This document shows positions 58,018-64,000 of a DNA stretch of 64,000 nucleotides, piece by piece. Position 1 is the first letter of the stretch. Every line of letters starts with the position of its first letter. This DNA comes from the human T2T-CHM13v2.0 reference genome, Homo sapiens, in the NCBI RefSeq assembly GCF_009914755.1, contig NC_060947.1. One strand, given 5' to 3'. A program made the translations under genes and the position numbers. The notes beneath the pieces are model-generated. The model had not been told where the DNA came from. It saw only the letters and a list, made by a program, of their open reading frames with translations, and searched no databases.

Positions 58018-61000
58018 GTGGGTTTAACCACAGGGTTATTTTCCTAGTGTCTGCATTTCTTGGCCCTTATTAATTGGCCTTTTGTACAATTTTCTTAATT
58101 ATTTTGCCTGTTTACTTTCCTAGTATATGTTATTTTTTCAGGCTTCAAGAAATTATTATTAGATTTTCATTGAAATTGCCTTTCTCCAATTCAACCTCCT
58201 CACCACTGCCAGGGAAAACTTCTTCGAGTACAAATCACATCTGTTGCTCTCTTGATTAAAATATTTTAATGGTTTCCTAGGCTCCTAAACTCCTCAGTAA
58301 AGATACTAGGCCTTTCATGATCTTACCTCTACCAACCTCTCTGGCTTCCTGCCACACTTCTCCTGCTACACTCTAGTTATCTCTCATAATTTGCATTTCC
58401 CTAAGTGGAGTGTGTGCTCTCTTTTTCTCCCATGCTCTTGCTCATGCTTAGAATACCTTCTTGACCCACCCATGCCAAGTGAACATCTACACTTATTGGG
58501 CCCCCCTGGGCCCAGCACGAAAAGAAGTTTCAAAGAAGAAGAAATCAGCAAAGTTAGGAGATCAAGAAGGAGGCAGACAGAGATTTAGATCATGTGGAGG
58601 TCACTGGAACCTCTGAGATAAAGTATAGGTTGAATGGCAGGAGCCAAAGTCACTGAACAAGTAATTATGAAGCCAGATGTTTGATGGTGAAACGAAAGAA
58701 AGAGACAAAAATAGATCTCCAGAGAGTAGAAACATTGAGAGGAAAGCATGTTTAAGATGGTTACTTGTAGAGTTTCTTACATAAGCCATTGAGCAATTTA
58801 AATATCACTCAATTGATGGCAGGGCAAAAATCATTTTCGAATGCTCCTAGCTGTACTCATAGCTACAAAACCATTAATAATCCTGTAAACATGTCCATGT
58901 CATGCAATAGAAACTCATATTTTCAATCTCTATGTTAGGTGGCTCAAAGCAAGGCCCTCCAATTGGACCACTCAAACAAATTCCACTCTTGGCAAATAGA
59001 TAGTTATGATTTCTGGTCTCAAATTCTGCAAGTTAAATGCCAAACCATACCCCTTCTTATGCAAAGCATCTTTTTAGAGCACCTCTCCAGTGCTGTTTTC
59101 TAAATCTCATTCTCCTGCTAATGACACCCTGTCTTTCTTTCTATCTCTCTCCCAATTTTCACCCTCCTCTTCCTTTCCCCATGGAGTATCCAGAGATTCA
59201 TAGTTTGTGAATAATTATTAGTCTGTATAAAAGCTTGGTTTGATGGTGGGAGTTGGGGCAGGAGGGTTCTGGGTCTGTTTAGAAAGCTACTAGAGTTGAG
59301 AAAACAGAGTGGTATATACAAGACAACATACGTGCAAATTTGAGCCAGGCAGGGTAAAAAATCCAGACTTTTTGCTGTCACAGACCCTGTTACATCACTC
59401 ACTTATGTATTACCCTCCAAACTCAGCTTATTTATATAGAAGGTACCCAGACAATAATTCCCAACTAGAGTTGTACTTTATCAATTCAAAGACCCTCCCC
59501 TCTACAAATCCCATCTAAGTACTTACCCAAGCCCTTTCTGCTCAACTTAGACCTCAGGACTTCAAAATACTTGTCCCTCAGAACAGGATTTACCTACCAC
59601 CCCATCATTTTCCATAAATAGGGGAAAAATTAACTAGCATTGATTGACTACCTCCTGGGTAGCAAGAATTTAACCCTCATATGGGTGAACTTGGCACTAT
59701 AACTTCATCTTACAGGTGGGGAAACTAAGACCCAGTGAGGGACATTTTCAAAGTCATATAGGTAATAAGTTGGCATAAGTGGAATGGGAATAAAGCAAGT
59801 TCAAGGTCCATACTTTTTCCACCACCCTTCAACAACATCTGTGGGAACAGATTTTTTAAAACAGGACCGTAAAGCTTATTTGTATCGTATGCCTTCTCAA
59901 GTTCTGTTTCCTATCCAATCCTCAAATTTCCTTTTCCTCAAATAACTAATAAAATTGGCCAGTGCAAGGAAGGTATGTTTAGTAGTTTACAAGGAGTAGA
60001 GTTTCAGAGAGAAAGTATAATGGAGTTTTATTTTCTTACTTCCTGTCTCCTGTTACAGTTCTTGCAGAAGAGTGGGAATCTTTTGATCTGGGGTACTGAA
60101 ATCCCAGAAATATCAACCCTAGTCAGCTCCAAAAAGCCCATAGGACTGGGTGGGTTTAATCTCCTTCTCGGTAGGCCTGAAAGTGACCAGAGGAGGAAGC
60201 CTCTTGGCTTGTTCACCAGGTTTGTGATACTTATGAGCCAGGTGTCCTTTTGGCCCTCCACAAGGACTATGAAAAGCTTGTGACTTTCTGGATCTGTTTA
60301 TCTCATGGACTTGGCTCTGCTGGGGGATCCTAATATACCCACGCCACTGTGTCTCAAACCCAGAGGGATCTGCTGGAAGGGATCTATCTTTGGAAATGGC
60401 CTGAACCCTCCTGCTGCATTCTACTTAGTTCTCTATCTTGGGCATCTGGGATGGAGAGTAAAGGTGATTTTAATTGCTTTTTAGCTCAACAACAGGATGA
60501 TTAAAATTGCTTAAAGTATGTTTTAAGCTGCAAATCAACCTTTACCCTGTAGTTACTTATATTTTAAATTGGCTTGTTTCTGTTCCCGTGCCATCACAAC
60601 AACATCAGTTCTGAGCAAAATGGTACTGTTAACTGTTTCCTATCACCTACCTCTCACTTCCAGTTTCTCCATCTGGGCCCCTCTTCCTTTTTTAGCACTT
60701 CTGCCTCCCTCAGGGACTTCCAGTAATACCAATCCCTTGCTCAGGAAAATGAAACTCTCATGGGATATGATCCAGAGACAGTCTAATAGGAGTGATGGTT
60801 TAATGCAGTGAGGACCTCAATGATTTCCAGAAGTCCCACCACTTAAGTATCCTTCAGCTTCCCCAAATAAACACCCCACTCATTACTATGTACAGCTTCT
60901 CTCAAAAAGTGCCAAGGAAACTGAGGTAAAGTCATTCATTCCTTCATTTGCTTATTCATTTATTTACCAATTTTTGTTGACCACCTCAGCTGAAGGCGTT

Positions 61001-61579
61001 CTAGGCAAGGCAAGCAGCATGAGAAATGGCAGGGAGGATTAAGGGAGAGACTGGCTGGTTGAAAGAATGGTTAGTACTTTGGTTTGAATGGAGGATAGGA
61101 TGCAAATGTGGATATGAACATAGATGAAGTCTGATAAATACTTATGGATCAAATCAGATCAGAAAGGCCTTGTTTGTCTTTCTGAAAAGTTTGCGATGTC
61201 ATCCTGAAAGTAGTGGAGAACAACTGAAATGTGTTAAGCAGGACAGTGACATAATGAGACGTGCTTTAGAAAGCTTACTCTTATAGTCGCAGTATAGATG
61301 ATCTTGAACATAGCTAAGGACAACATTAAGTTATCATCCAAATGAAAAACAGGGCCTTAGCCTATTAAACTTACAGATAAACACCTCTTTCTTTAGGGGA
61401 CATCAGAAAAACTAAGTATAGCTTATTTAAAAGCAATTGAGAGCAGTCTATTTGAGTCTGATCAGGGCACCCCAAGGAAATCTGCTTTTGTTGGCTGTGG
61501 GCCCAAGCTTTCTGTCTATGGCCTAACCTTAACCAATTTCTGGTTTTTGGATCTTGAAAAATAGAACTGGTACATGACA

Positions 61580-62120
61580 TCAACACTTACAACTTTCTCC
61601 CACTAAAAATTTTTCTGGACCCCACATTTCCCTTCAGCTACCATTTTTCTCTCCTTATAACAACACTTCTATAAGGATTTTCTAGCCTTTTTCCATTGCC
61701 TCTCCTTCTATTCACTTTCAAACACAAAACGATCACATTAGTGCTACTTCACTCCACCAAACAGAACTATTACCTGTTTTCTATGACTTTGATGCTAAAT
61801 CTAATGGTCACTTGTTTGCTCTCATTTTCTTTACTACTGTGCATAATTCAATACAGTTCATCATTTTCGTCTTCCTGAAACACTGTCTTTGGCTTCTGGG
61901 CTCAGCACTCTCCTAGCTCTTGTCCTGCCTGTTTGTCCCTCTTAGGTTTATCCAATTTTCAAATGTTGGCATCATCCAGAGTTTCACCCTAGGCTCTCTC
62001 ATTTTCTCACCCTGTACTTTATCTACATGAACTCAACCATTCTCATGTCTTCAATAACAGTGTATATGCCAATGAATACCAGTTTTATACTTCTAGATTT
62101 CTCTTCTGAGCTTCAGAATG
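61580..62120. mobile_element. L2 fragment
   Basis: Degenerate pyrimidine-rich L2-like text (aatctaatggtcactt...cttcctgaaacactgtctttggcttct). Confidence 0.5.
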
Positions 62121-62123
62121 GTA

Positions 62124-64000
62124 TAGGCTTACCTCAGAGATATTGCAGATTTGGTTCCAGACCACCGCAATAAAGTGAATATCGCAATAAAGCAAGTTAC
62201 ATGAATTCTTTGGATTTCAGTGCAAATAAAAGTTATCTTTATACTATAACACAGTCTATTAGGTATGTAATAGCATTATGTCTAAAAAATGTACATACCT
62301 TAATTAAAAATACTTCACTGCTAAAAATGCTAATGATCATCTGAGCCTTTAGTGAGTCCTAATCTTTTTGCTGGTGGAGGGTCTTGCCTTGAAGTGTATG
62401 GCTGCTGATTGATCAGGGTGGTGGTTGCTGAAGGTTGGGGTGGCTGTGGCAATTTCTTAAGATAAGACAGCAATGCAGTTTGCTACATTTACTCACTCTT
62501 TATTTCATGAAATATTTCTTTGTAGCATGCCATGCTGTTTGATAGCATTTTACTCAGAGTACAGCTTCTTTTCAAAATTAGGGTCAGTCCTCTCAAACCC
62601 TGCCACTGCTCTATCAACTAAGTTTATGTAATATTCTAAATCCTTTGTTGCTATTTTAGCAATGTTCACAGCATCTTCACCAGGAGTAGATTCCACTTCT
62701 CAATAAACTACTTCATTTGCTCATCCATAAGAAGCAACTCCTCATCCATTCAAGTTTGGTCATGAAACTGCAGTAATTCAGTCACATCTTCAGGCTCCAT
62801 TTCTAATTCTTGTTCTCTTGCTATTTTCACCACTTCTACAGTTACTTTCTCCACCTCTCAAAGTCATCGATGAGGGCTGGAATCAACTTCTTCCAAACTC
62901 CTGTTAATGTGGATATTTTTACCTTCCCCTATTAATCATGAATGTTCTTTTTTTTTTCTTTTGAGATGGAGTCTTGCTCTGTCGCCCAGGCTGGAGTGCA
63001 GAGGCATGATTTCGGCTCACTGCAACCTCCCGGGTTCAAGCAATTCCCCTACCTCAGCCTCCCGAGTAACTGAGACTACGGTGCATGCCCCCACGCATGG
63101 CTATTTTTTTTTTGTAGCTTTAGTAGAGATGGGGTTTCACCATATTGGCCAGCCTGGTCTCAAACTCCTGACCTCAGGTGATCTGCCTGCCTCGGCCTCC
63201 CAAAGTGCTGGGATTACAGGTGTGAGCCACCGCACCTGGCCATGAATTTTCTTAATGACATTTAGAACAGTGAATCCTTTCCAGAAGGTTTTCAATTTAC
63301 TTTGCCCAGATCCACCAGATGAATCACTATCTATGGCAGCTATAGCCTTATGAAATGTATTTCTTAAATAATACCTTGAAAGTCAAAATTACTCCCTGAT
63401 CTATGGGCTGCAGAATCATATTGTGTTAGCAGGCATGAAAATAACATGAATCCCCTTGTACATCTCCATAGAGCCCTTGCATGACCAGGTGCATTGTCAA
63501 TGAGCACTAGTATTTTGAAAGGAATCTTCTTTTTTCTGAGCAGTAGTTCTCAACAGTGGGCTTAAAAATATTCAGCAAACCATGCTGTAAACAGATGTGC
63601 TGTAATCCAGGCTTTGGTGTTCCATTTACAGAGCACAGGTCGGGTAGATATAGCATAATTTTTAAAGGCTCTAGGATTTTCAGAAAGGTAAATGAGCACT
63701 ACCTTCAACTTAAAGTCACCAGCTGCATTAACCCCTAACAAGAGAGTCAGCCTGTCCTTTGAAGCTTTGAAGCCAGGCATTGACTTCTTTTTATCTATGA
63801 AAGTCCTAGATGGCATCTTCTTCCAATATAAGGCTTTTCGGTATATATTGGAAGTCTGATATTTAGTGTAGCCATCTTCATCAGTGATCTTAGCTAGATC
63901 TTCTGGATAACTTTCTGTAGGTTATTCATTATTCCTTGCTGCTCTACCTTGTGCTTTTATGTTATGGAGATGGCTTCTTTCCTTAAACCTCGTGAGTCAG
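62124..64000 (-). mobile_element. Tigger1 DNA transposon with transposase relic, runs off window end
   Basis: TIR after TA: taggcttacctcagagatattgcag; ORF 63562-63816 ([26 protein letters not shown]...KAWIT) is Tigger1/pogo DDE-domain sequence. Confidence 0.92.
62947..63241 (-). mobile_element. Alu inside Tigger1
   Basis: Antisense Alu flanked by a catgaat duplication. Confidence 0.95.

Noticed and set aside
63562-63816. TIGD1-like transposase ORF
   Set aside because: Short fragment of an Alu-interrupted, stop-ridden Tigger1; not a domesticated gene.

Overview
This 64-kb window reads as repeat-rich primate (human-like) non-coding DNA, either intronic or intergenic. I found no host protein-coding exon, rRNA, tRNA or CRISPR array. 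The listed ORFs are Alu, L1 or Tigger remnants, or chance frames. Main contents: a ~9-kb minus-strand LTR8/HUERS-P1-type provirus with both LTRs, a tRNA-Pro PBS, a PPT and a 4-bp TSD; about 18 Alus; several old L1, L2, L3 and MIR fragments; MaLR/ERVL LTRs; and DNA transposons (MER8, MER85, MER30, MER58A, MER2, MER63, Tigger1). Three structures are not explained by ordinary repeat annotation. (1) An LTR element at 55607-58017 is bounded by one TSD but carries two unrelated LTRs (ERVL MLT2B-type at 5', MaLR MLT1A-type at 3'). (2) Two nested inverted duplications of largely non-repeat sequence lie at 15114-15610/45383-45878 and 26891-27173/28329-28590. (3) A hairpin with perfect 40-bp arms lies at 44821-44925. 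Repeat family names come from recognising consensus sequence by eye, not from a database search. Boundaries without a stated TSD are approximate.
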